A stretch of DNA of 64,000 bases from Limisphaerales bacterium. Its GTDB lineage: Bacteria; Verrucomicrobiota; Verrucomicrobiia; Limisphaerales; JAJOIW01. A program made the translations under genes and the position numbers. The stretch is taken from positions 1 through 64,000 of the forward strand of contig CBFHOE010000003.1 of the NCBI GenBank assembly GCA_965657355.1. The letters are read 5' to 3'. The notes under the pieces were generated by a model. That model ran no database searches and was not told the DNA's origin. It saw nothing but the letters and a program-made list of their open reading frames with translations. Of this stretch, positions 48,655 to 56,847 are shown piece by piece. The number at the start of each line of letters is the position of its first letter. Position 1 is the stretch's first letter.

Positions 48655-50493
48655 TTACTGCAAACCACTAGCCTTCTTGCCTATGATTTTTTTGAGAATT
48701 GAGTCTAATCCAGACAGATTTTTATTCAAAACAATTTCGGTATCTTTGGTCGATTGATGGTCGATAATCCCAATAGGGCCCGAATATTCAGAATGAATGA
48801 TTTGCTCTATCATTAACTTTTCATATTTCCCACTTCCAATCTCCAAGATTTTCGGGCGCGCAATTTCGTTCATACCATTTAAGTTCAAGCAAAGAAGGTG
48901 GGGTGCCATCATTTGAAGATTTGAATGGAAATCTTCAATTCGATCGTGTGCATGATGGAAATTATAAACAATTCCAACATGGTCTGCTCGATAATTTTCT
49001 TTCAAGTAACTCGATACCGCAACTAGGTTTTCAGGCTGCCCGCCCCATCCTCCATGATTATACAAGCCCAACTTTAATCCTTCCTTCCTGGTCAGCTCAA
49101 CAAGTGGGAGCAGACGCTCTACTGATGCAGAAATTTTCGCACTTTGAGAGCTGCCTTTAGGGCTTGGAGCTGTCTTCCAAATTTGTGGCTTCAGCTCGTA
49201 TTTTCGAAATAACTCCATGGCTTTTGGGTGAACGTCCCAGAAGGCAAAAAATTCAATATTATTTTCTTTGTACTCCAGTATTTCTTTTTCAAAAGTAGGT
49301 ATGTGCTCAACACGCCAATCGTAAGCGACTCGATTAATACCTAATTTTTTAAGCATTTTAGCCCGCTCACTTGGGGTTCTTTTCTTGGAATCAAAAGGCA
49401 CAATACACCAAGCCACTAAGTTTTCTCTTTGGAAATGGCTTGGAGGAAGGTTCGCTTTTTTATTTCTGGCGTTACTTCCTAAATAAAGCACGGCGTTATC
49501 AATAATTTTCAATGGAAGATTCTCTTTAAAAACTGGATAAGTTTCATGGCCGGGTCGAAAATAGAATACTTCCCCTTCGCCGACGTTCCAAAGCATACCA
49601 CTTCTAAACCACTCGCCAGCCTCCCAATATTCTTCAAATATAATGGCGTCCGGCTCAGGAACGTGAAAGGGCTCAGAATACATCTCCGTTTTTGTGATTT
49701 CGAAATTTGATGGGATCCCGTGGGTAATTGGATGACTCATTGAGCCTCTCTTGATTGTGCTTGGTTTGCCATCCGCTCTCCATGCAGGAAAACAGCAATT
49801 TGGTAAATTGACCTGAATTTCGGTAGCTGTTCTTCCTCGGCGATAGGCTAAGTAAAATGGCGTGAGAGCAGATGAGGCATACGGAGCAATCCGTCCAGGA
49901 GGTGAGATGTATTCTACCATATCATCAGGAATCTGAAATCTCTCCCTCGCTATTTCTCTGGTTTTTTCATTCATTGCCTCCATGAAGGGGGTCGACCAAT
50001 GAGCCGAATGAAGTGCTATCAGAGAAACTTTACCTTTTTTTAATCGGTCAATAATAGGCTTTGATTCCGAAACAGAAACTTCCAAATGTCTTCGGTGACC
50101 CCACCATATTATCACATCCACCATTTCTATTGTTGGCGCCCCAATACCATGGTTTTCAGCATCAAGATTCGTGGAAATAATCTCAAATTTTTCGTTTTTT
50201 TGCAGGTGCTTAGCGAGCGTTTCACCTAGAAAATCGTCGTAGGCTTTCTTTTGTTCAGTTTGTTGCTCATCCCAAATAAGAACGCGGATTTTTTCTTTTC
50301 CAAAACCAGATATTTCGAAGGATAGAAAAAAAAGAAAGATGACGGATGGATATATAATGCGTCTTATTGATTGGTCTACATAATTATTTATATTTCGTAA
50401 TAAAAATCTAAATAATGAAAGCTCCTTATTAGTACCTGGATTATCATTCACGACTTGAATTAAATGAGTTTGAAGTGTTGATTGTATTGTCAC
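48655..50493 (-). CDS. ThuA-like domain fused to a sugar-phosphate-isomerase/xylose-isomerase-like TIM barrel (start uncertain, likely downstream of 50493)
   Basis: VLIWDE, DVIIWWGH, LHSAH, EMYSEPF, FYFRPGHETYP (ThuA); LVAWCIVPFD, LYNHGGW, VYNFHH (TIM barrel). Confidence 0.8.
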   Translation of the reverse strand: MTIQSTLQTHLIQVVNDNPGTNKELSLFRFLLRNINNYVDQSIRRIIYPSVIFLFFLSFEISGFGKEKIRVLIWDEQQTEQKKAYDDFLGETLAKHLQKNEKFEIISTNLDAENHGIGAPTIEMVDVIIWWGHRRHLEVSVSESKPIIDRLKKGKVSLIALHSAHWSTPFMEAMNEKTREIARERFQIPDDMVEYISPPGRIAPYASSALTPFYLAYRRGRTATEIQVNLPNCCFPAWRADGKPSTIKRGSMSHPITHGIPSNFEITKTEMYSEPFHVPEPDAIIFEEYWEAGEWFRSGMLWNVGEGEVFYFRPGHETYPVFKENLPLKIIDNAVLYLGSNARNKKANLPPSHFQRENLVAWCIVPFDSKKRTPSERAKMLKKLGINRVAYDWRVEHIPTFEKEILEYKENNIEFFAFWDVHPKAMELFRKYELKPQIWKTAPSPKGSSQSAKISASVERLLPLVELTRKEGLKLGLYNHGGWGGQPENLVAVSSYLKENYRADHVGIVYNFHHAHDRIEDFHSNLQMMAPHLLCLNLNGMNEIARPKILEIGSGKYEKLMIEQIIHSEYSGPIGIIDHQSTKDTEIVLNKNLSGLDSILKKIIGKKASGLQ

Positions 50494-51417
50494 ATGATTT
50501 TTGGAATTGAAAATGTTAATTATCTTTTATTGAGAATTCCTCGGGTATTAATCTTTGGTCTTTTCTTTGGCTTCATTTCATCTCTACTGGCGCAGCCATC
50601 CGAACCTGGTTTGTATGCACGCTTTTCTGTAGGTGAACATAATTGGACAGTCCATTTAGAATACAAAAAGACCCCAAGAACAGTTGCTAATTTCATTTCT
50701 TTAGCGCAAGGAACTCGTTCATGGTTGAATGTGGTAGACGGTCGTATAGAAAATTCAAACTTTTATGATGGGACAGTTTTCCACCGTATTATTGCCGATT
50801 TTATGGTGCAAGGAGGCTCGCCAACCGGATTAGGAAATGGTAATCCTGGATACTTCTTTAAAGACGAATTCCATGAGGAGCTAGCCCATGATAGACCTGG
50901 TATTCTTTCCATGGCAAATAGCGGCCCAAACACTAATGGCTCTCAATTTTTTATCACAGTAAAGGAGACACCCTGGCTTGATGGGAGACACACTGTCTTC
51001 GGTGAAGTCATAGATGGGATGGATTCTGTATTGGCTTTATCTTTAGTGGAAACCGATACTAGTGACCGACCGGTATCTCCTCAAACTATTCAAAAACTTC
51101 AAATCATAAGGGTAGGAAAAGAGGCTGAGGCCTTTAGCTCAGAAATGCTTGAGACTCCACTTCCTCAGATACTCCGCATTAACAATTCCGCGATGGTCAA
51201 CAATGACGGCATCTTGCGGCTTTCGTGGAATCACAAAAACCCTGTTAGATATACTCTTCTCTGGACTAGCAATTTTAAATCTTGGCAGAATTTGCAACTC
51301 AATACGCGGTCATCAATTGATCTGCTCGTTAGAGCGAGCGATGGACAACTTGCCCCTATGCAAGATTATTTCAGCAACAATTATTTCGTGATCTACGCTT
51401 CCGATCTTGAGGAATAA
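50482..51417 (+). CDS. Exported cyclophilin-type peptidyl-prolyl isomerase with extra C-terminal domain
   Basis: TPRTVANF, FHRII.DFMVQGG, LSMANSGPNTNGSQFFIT, WLDGRHTVFG; signal peptide; about 80 extra C-terminal residues. Start uncertain (ATG at 50494 possible). Confidence 0.9.
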   Translation: MYCHMIFGIENVNYLLLRIPRVLIFGLFFGFISSLLAQPSEPGLYARFSVGEHNWTVHLEYKKTPRTVANFISLAQGTRSWLNVVDGRIENSNFYDGTVFHRIIADFMVQGGSPTGLGNGNPGYFFKDEFHEELAHDRPGILSMANSGPNTNGSQFFITVKETPWLDGRHTVFGEVIDGMDSVLALSLVETDTSDRPVSPQTIQKLQIIRVGKEAEAFSSEMLETPLPQILRINNSAMVNNDGILRLSWNHKNPVRYTLLWTSNFKSWQNLQLNTRSSIDLLVRASDGQLAPMQDYFSNNYFVIYASDLEE

Positions 51418-51435
51418 GAATCAAAGTGAATCGCT

Positions 51436-52260
51436 TTACTTCCCTCCGTTTTTCTTTGCCGGTTTGCGGTAAAATAAAACATGCTGCTGTGGGAGATCGT
51501 TGAAAGAATGATCAAATTCCAGTCCCACGAATAAGGCCTCGCGTTTCACCTGATCTTTACTCATTTTGTGAAGAGGTTTTATTCTCACAAGTGGGTCTTC
51601 TTTTCTGTATTCAATCCAGACGACAAGCCCGCCTGGCTTCAGGGCTTTTTTTATCCCCTTCATCATTTCGTATGGATGGGAAAACTCATGGTAAACATCC
51701 ACCATAAATGCAAGGTCGACACTCTCAGGGGGTAATTTTGGATCATTAATCTTTCCAAGAACAGGAATGACATTGTTTATGTCTTTTTTCTTCAATTTCC
51801 CCAGCAGGATATCCAGCATTTCTTGCTGAATATCAACCGCATAAACCTTACCCTTTGGCCCGACTATAGGTGCTATGCGTCTCGTAAAATAACCAGACCC
51901 TGCGCCAATATCCGCAATGTTCATTCCGGGTTTTAAACCCATATTTTTAATGAGTACAGACGGTTTTTCTTCTGCCTCCCTGGATATTCGTTCGAGCCAA
52001 GGTGCCCCAAGATGCCCCATAACGTGCGATATTTCCCGGCCTTGATATACCTTTCCAATCCCATCTCTTGATGGTTTTTGGAGATATGTATAGATTTCAC
52101 CTTCTTCCGAAGATTTTTTTTGTTCGGCAGTTTTATCCTCTTTTTCACCGGCAATACTGGCAACAACGCTGGTTGAAACAAAAAGCACGGTAAAGGCAAA
52201 TATCCGACCTAATACCCCCATATTTGGCTGAAAATACATCGAATCAACATCCCTGTTCAC
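51436..52260 (-). CDS. Class I SAM-dependent methyltransferase with N-terminal signal peptide
   Basis: IADIGAGSGYF, VYAVDIQ, VDVYHEF, LKPGG; hydrophobic N-terminal leader. Confidence 0.88.
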   Translation of the reverse strand: MNRDVDSMYFQPNMGVLGRIFAFTVLFVSTSVVASIAGEKEDKTAEQKKSSEEGEIYTYLQKPSRDGIGKVYQGREISHVMGHLGAPWLERISREAEEKPSVLIKNMGLKPGMNIADIGAGSGYFTRRIAPIVGPKGKVYAVDIQQEMLDILLGKLKKKDINNVIPVLGKINDPKLPPESVDLAFMVDVYHEFSHPYEMMKGIKKALKPGGLVVWIEYRKEDPLVRIKPLHKMSKDQVKREALFVGLEFDHSFNDLPQQHVLFYRKPAKKNGGK

Positions 52261-52320
52261 AAAATTTAATCAATAAATTTTTTTCTTGGGATATATGCCA
52301 TGATCAGATCATCATAAGGT

Positions 52321-52896
52321 ATGTCGAGAATCGGAATCTATGGTGGTTCCTTTGACCCAGTTCATATAGGGCATCTCCTTGTAGCGCGCGCAGCAATGGA
52401 GGAGATGTCCCTTTCCAGTGTGATCTTCGTACCCGCTGCTAGGTCTCCATTTAAGTCAAACCTCGAGCCGGCCGCAGCCGATTTTAGATTGTCGATGCTT
52501 AATTTAGCATTAGAAAATGTTGATAATATGGAAGTCAGTGATTGGGAAGTCACAAATGGAGGGCTCTCTTTCACAATTAGAACCGTTGAACACTTTCGCG
52601 AAATCTATCCGAATTGCGAAATCGTTTATATCATTGGAGCAGACCAGTGCTCTGGTCTACACAAATGGAAATCCGCTCAGGAATTATCTAAACTCGTTCA
52701 ATTTGCTGTCATTCCACGACCGGGGGTAGATGATACAAAAGTCACTCACGGATTCACGGGAACCCTGCTCAAGGGAGTTCCAATCGACTTGTCCTCCTCG
52801 TCAATTCGAAAAAGAATATCACAAAATCTATCGATTAGATGGCTGGTCCCAGAAAAAGTAGAAGACTTTATTCACAGGAATAATCTTTATCTCTAG
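52321..52896 (+). CDS. nadD: Nicotinate-nucleotide adenylyltransferase
   Basis: GGSFDPVHIGH, SFT..T, IIGAD, W, SSSSIR; adjacent to rsfS. Confidence 0.95.
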   Translation: MSRIGIYGGSFDPVHIGHLLVARAAMEEMSLSSVIFVPAARSPFKSNLEPAAADFRLSMLNLALENVDNMEVSDWEVTNGGLSFTIRTVEHFREIYPNCEIVYIIGADQCSGLHKWKSAQELSKLVQFAVIPRPGVDDTKVTHGFTGTLLKGVPIDLSSSSIRKRISQNLSIRWLVPEKVEDFIHRNNLYL

Positions 52897-52922
52897 TTTT
52901 TAACAAGATATATTATTCTACG

Positions 52923-53321
52923 ATGGATGCGAAAGAGTTCGCCGTTTTCGTTTCAAAAATTGCAGACGATAGAAAAGCCGAACAAATCCGGGTAGTTGAG
53001 GTTGGTGACCTTTCCGGGATTACCGACTACTTTGTGATCGTCACTGGAACCAGTGAGCCCCACCTCAAAGCTATCGTGGCTGAACTTCAGAAAAGAACCC
53101 AAGAATTACTTGGGAGAAAACCAAACGGAACTGATGGGAAGATCCCAACTAATTGGTTTGTTCTTGATTACTTTGACGTCATTGTTCATGTCATGACCGA
53201 AAGTGCGAGATCATTCTATTCTCTGGAATCTCTTTGGAAGGATGCCCCCCAGTTTTCATACCAAGATTTGGACGGTTCGGCTGGTGGTGGTGGGACAGCT
53301 AACGCCGCCCTGAGTGCATAA
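52923..53321 (+). CDS. rsfS: Ribosome silencing factor
   Basis: KAEQI, TDYFVIVTGTS, WFVLDYFDVIVHVM, RSFYSLESLW. Confidence 0.95.
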   Translation: MDAKEFAVFVSKIADDRKAEQIRVVEVGDLSGITDYFVIVTGTSEPHLKAIVAELQKRTQELLGRKPNGTDGKIPTNWFVLDYFDVIVHVMTESARSFYSLESLWKDAPQFSYQDLDGSAGGGGTANAALSA

Positions 53322-53443
53322 ACAACAATTATTTTAGATTGTCACTCCTCCCCAATGCATTGGGCCACAACTTTTTACAACTTTTTGCTGAACGAAGAAG
53401 TTAATAGATTTACGTGATCTTTCTTAACATTGAAGAAATGAGC

Positions 53444-54022
53444 TCACGCTCGGTAGCTTCGGGAATGGGTATTATTCTTTGCAAACCTCATGACCCACGC
53501 GATAGACCCAGCAGCGAAGACCCAATGATATAACTGCGCCAAATTCCTCCACGCTAAATAATGGGTGATTTTGGAGTCCGGGTCCAATTCCTGTTCAAAT
53601 GCTTCTTCTGCTGTGTTGTCTTGCTGCCTTTCAGCTTGTTCCTGATTCGCCTCTATTCGAGTGGTATTGAGCTTTGGGTAAACCCATGTTGATCCTGAGG
53701 CTCCTAAAAACACGCAGACAATGATGAGGTAAATAGACTTCTTGGATTGATAACGTGCTAAATACAACCACTCTCCTGCCTGATGAACAAGAGCCAGGAA
53801 GGCGCAAATCGCATTAACCAAAAATAAAGACTCATATAGCCCAACCAGAATAGTCTCACTCCAAATATCCCCCAAGGCGGCAGTGAGTTTGCCACGAGAA
53901 AAAGGTACCACTGCGAACAATACATAGACGTTCGTACCTGCCCAGACTACGCCATTCAGAAGTCCAGCTATGGATAGAAATTTTGTCACTTTAAGCAGCC
54001 AAAAAAGCGTTCCTAGACTCAA
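53444..54022 (-). CDS. Hypothetical membrane protein (DUF4149-like)
   Basis: About four hydrophobic segments; TTG start uncertain. Confidence 0.55.
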   Translation of the reverse strand: MSLGTLFWLLKVTKFLSIAGLLNGVVWAGTNVYVLFAVVPFSRGKLTAALGDIWSETILVGLYESLFLVNAICAFLALVHQAGEWLYLARYQSKKSIYLIIVCVFLGASGSTWVYPKLNTTRIEANQEQAERQQDNTAEEAFEQELDPDSKITHYLAWRNLAQLYHWVFAAGSIAWVMRFAKNNTHSRSYRA

Positions 54023-54066
54023 TCTGCCGGGATTTACCCGGTTTTGTCTATAAAAATGTCCAATCT

Positions 54067-54978
54067 CTAGATATCACACACTTGCGCAGCGTGTCTTAGG
54101 GCTTGTATTTTGTCACTCCAATTTGGAATAAATTCCTGAGCAACAAAGCCCTTGTATCCTGTTTTCAAGATGGTATTCAGAACCGCTGGGTAGTTGATTT
54201 CTTGGGTATTATCCAGTTCCCCACGACCCGGGTTCCCTGCTGTATGGTAGTGCCCGATCCAGGGGTGATACTGATTGATCCTACGAATGACATCCCCGTG
54301 CATCACTTGAACGTGATATATATCAAATAATAGTTTCATATTTGGAGAGTCGACTTTCTTAATCATTTCGATGCAAAGCTCAATATCATCCCCAAAGTAG
54401 CCAGGATGGCCTTTCATTGGGTGGGAATCATCTCTTGAATTTAAGTGTTCCAGGCACAAGGTAATTCCTTGCTTCTCTGCAAATCTCATGACTTCTTTCC
54501 AACACGAAACACAGTTTTTGAAACCATCTTCGGGGGAAATACCATTTTGTGTCATCCCTGTGAATGTGATTACCCTTTTTGTGCCTATGCTCTTGGCCAG
54601 TTCAATTCCCTCCTTTAGTTTTTTGGTGCAGTGCTCATGGTTATCTTTTGTAAATGGGCCTTTACTAAATCCATGGCTCCCGACTAAAGAAATCTCCAAG
54701 CCCAAATCCATGACCTTTTTATAATAGGAAGAATTGATACCTTCCATGCCTACAATGCCAATTTCCTTGCACCCTTTGGCCAATTCAACCGGCGACATCG
54801 GGTTGAAACACCAGCCCATCACAGATTGACGGATTCGCCCGTTCTGAATTCGAAAATCAGGATTTGCCTGGTTTTTCGGGAGTTGGGCCAGGCCGTTTGT
54901 TCCCAAAGTAGCAAACCCGCTACCAATGATTCCAATGGCTTTCAGTGCGCCCCGTCTCGAAATTTTCACATCATTCAT
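54067..54978 (-). CDS. Tat-exported hydroxypyruvate-isomerase-family TIM barrel
   Basis: Tat motif SRRGALK; CLEHLNS, LLFDIYHVQVM, HYHTAGNPGRGE, QEF. Confidence 0.88.
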   Translation of the reverse strand: MNDVKISRRGALKAIGIIGSGFATLGTNGLAQLPKNQANPDFRIQNGRIRQSVMGWCFNPMSPVELAKGCKEIGIVGMEGINSSYYKKVMDLGLEISLVGSHGFSKGPFTKDNHEHCTKKLKEGIELAKSIGTKRVITFTGMTQNGISPEDGFKNCVSCWKEVMRFAEKQGITLCLEHLNSRDDSHPMKGHPGYFGDDIELCIEMIKKVDSPNMKLLFDIYHVQVMHGDVIRRINQYHPWIGHYHTAGNPGRGELDNTQEINYPAVLNTILKTGYKGFVAQEFIPNWSDKIQALRHAAQVCDI

Positions 54979-55245
54979 GCTCTATATTTTTTCGTGTTAA
55001 TAGAAGTGGGATTTAAACCAAAACAATGGCCCTTCACAAATATTCTGGCAAGTTTGAAGAAGCTTTCTCAAGCCCATCTGGCTCATTAGCTACCTGAATA
55101 TGTGAACTTTTCACCAGGTACTGCACGGCAAATGCAGGCAATTAGTTCCTGCGTGTGGTGGGAAGAATTTGCTGTATTTCCGAATTAAGTTCAGAAAAAA
55201 GGGGCCTAATTCAAAAAAAACTCAAAAAATAAGCTTATGAGTGCC

Positions 55246-55262
55246 TTGGCCCGGTAGTTGCT
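55246..55262 (+). promoter_or_regulatory. Sigma-54 (-24/-12) promoter upstream of the TPR gene
   Basis: TTGGCCCG-GTAG-TTGCT, with GG and GC exactly 10 nt apart as in TGGCACG-N4-TTGC. Confidence 0.65.
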
Positions 55263-55379
55263 TAATTACGGATGTGGTAGGTAATATTATGTAATGAACC
55301 TCGTGGATGATTAGGGCTTATCCTGAAGTTCTCTATTATTGCCCGCCACAAATTAAAGCCGTTAACTCATAGCAATCAG

Positions 55380-55398
55380 GGGGGGCGCGGAGCCCCCC
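55380..55398. repeat. GC-rich hairpin in the TPR gene leader
   Basis: GGGGGGC-GCGGA-GCCCCCC, with no U tail. Confidence 0.6.
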
Positions 55399-55424
55399 GT
55401 CCTATGGGCTTGTTTTGAAAAAAT

Positions 55425-56717
55425 TTGACCATGAATTCAATAGCTGACTCAAGTCTTGAAACCGTAAAAAACAGTTCAAGCATCCATGCGGATAAGACCT
55501 CCATGCTAGCAAACGCCGACTCCTATTTCGCAAACCAAGATTTCGCCAGCGCTTGGCAGGAGTTGAACCAAATCAACCAGATCTTTGGAGGTGCATATGA
55601 AATATACGCAGCTATGGCGCTGTGCTCGATGTCCCTTAACGATTTAGACCGGGCACGAATCGAATATTTTACCTCTATCAGATATGCTCCCGACAACGCT
55701 GAAATAAGACTCAACTTGGCTGTCGTTGAAAAATCTTTGGGCTTGCTTGACGACGCCTATCACCAAATACAAATCGTATTAGGTCTTAATTCTGATGATT
55801 TGCTTGCAAGGCGTATCGCTGCAGATATCAGTGTTTTAAAAGGAAACTTCGACCTCGCTGTATTGGATTATCGAAGGGTCCTAGATCATTCTCCGGATGA
55901 TATCGATTCACTTCTTGGTTATGGAAGATGCCTTTTTAGCCTTGGTCGATTAAATGAATCTTTAGATATATATCATAAAATTTTATCCATAGATCCATCT
56001 CATGAAATTGCTCAGGATAACATTGTGATTCTTCAAAAAAGGATGGGAAATGAAACTAAAAAGCCGTTCACAGGGGATCGAAAGTTACTTTTTCAAGAAG
56101 CAAGAGATATGATGAATCAGGGCAATCATTCTGGAGCAAAGGATTTATTAAGGCCGCTGTTATTTTCATCAGATGCAACAGCAGATACTTGCTTCATATA
56201 TGGCAACCTTTGTTTGTTGGAGGGTAATTACGAGGAAGCGCTCGTCAACTATACCAAAATGGTTGAATTTGATCCATCTGACATCCGGGGTCACATTAAA
56301 CTCGGTTCGACAGCCGTATCTATTGGTATGAAAGATCTTGCGCGCAAACATATTGATACGGCCCAGTCGATTGATCCAACCCACCCTGATATTCAGGAAA
56401 TAGAAATTGATATTTTGATGCTTGAGAAAAACTATCTCCCTGCAGCCCAGCGGATCTACAAAATCATTTCTAAGGACATGTCCAATGCCGATCTCTTAAC
56501 TAAAATGGGTCAGTGTTTTGAAAATTTAGGCGATTATCAATTAGCCTCAGATACCTACAAAAAGGCATTAGAAATTAATCCTGCACACCAATTGGCAAGC
56601 GAAAATCTCAAGCGCATAAAACATTTTGTTAACGAGGAAACTGAAAGTGATATCTACAAAGAATCTAACGCTTTCACGCCTCTCGAAAAGGTGTCTGCCA
56701 GTGCTAGTGTAGCTTAA
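55425..56717 (+). CDS. Tetratricopeptide-repeat protein
   Basis: Repeated ~34-aa helical units ending in A/L-x-x-x-x-P (YAPDN, HSPDD, IDPSH, FDPSD, INPAH). The start is probably the ATG at 55431. Confidence 0.88.
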   Translation: MTMNSIADSSLETVKNSSSIHADKTSMLANADSYFANQDFASAWQELNQINQIFGGAYEIYAAMALCSMSLNDLDRARIEYFTSIRYAPDNAEIRLNLAVVEKSLGLLDDAYHQIQIVLGLNSDDLLARRIAADISVLKGNFDLAVLDYRRVLDHSPDDIDSLLGYGRCLFSLGRLNESLDIYHKILSIDPSHEIAQDNIVILQKRMGNETKKPFTGDRKLLFQEARDMMNQGNHSGAKDLLRPLLFSSDATADTCFIYGNLCLLEGNYEEALVNYTKMVEFDPSDIRGHIKLGSTAVSIGMKDLARKHIDTAQSIDPTHPDIQEIEIDILMLEKNYLPAAQRIYKIISKDMSNADLLTKMGQCFENLGDYQLASDTYKKALEINPAHQLASENLKRIKHFVNEETESDIYKESNAFTPLEKVSASASVA

Positions 56718-56767
56718 TGTAAATTATTGAAACCAACGATTTACTAAAGAACGCAAAACTTGCTTAT

Positions 56768-56791
56768 CCAAAATCCCAAAATCCCAAAATC
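56768..56791. repeat. Short tandem repeat (CCAAAATC)x3
   Basis: Three exact 8-bp units in the intergenic gap, directly followed by the CCGTCTC...GAGACGG inverted repeat. Confidence 0.75.
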
Positions 56792-56847
56792 CGTCTCGTA
56801 TTAAATTTTCTTCTGAGACGGCCTTAGTTTATAGTTAAATAAGAAAA

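Noticed and set aside
53351..53364. Perfect 14-bp palindrome CCCAATGCATTGGG after rsfS
   Set aside because: Single copy and not directly followed by a U tract; it may be a weak terminator but is unsupported.
56768..56821. Tandem 8-mers plus inverted repeat considered as a CRISPR remnant or MITE
   Set aside because: No spacers, units too short and no cas genes; more likely slippage next to a terminator-like stem between convergent genes.
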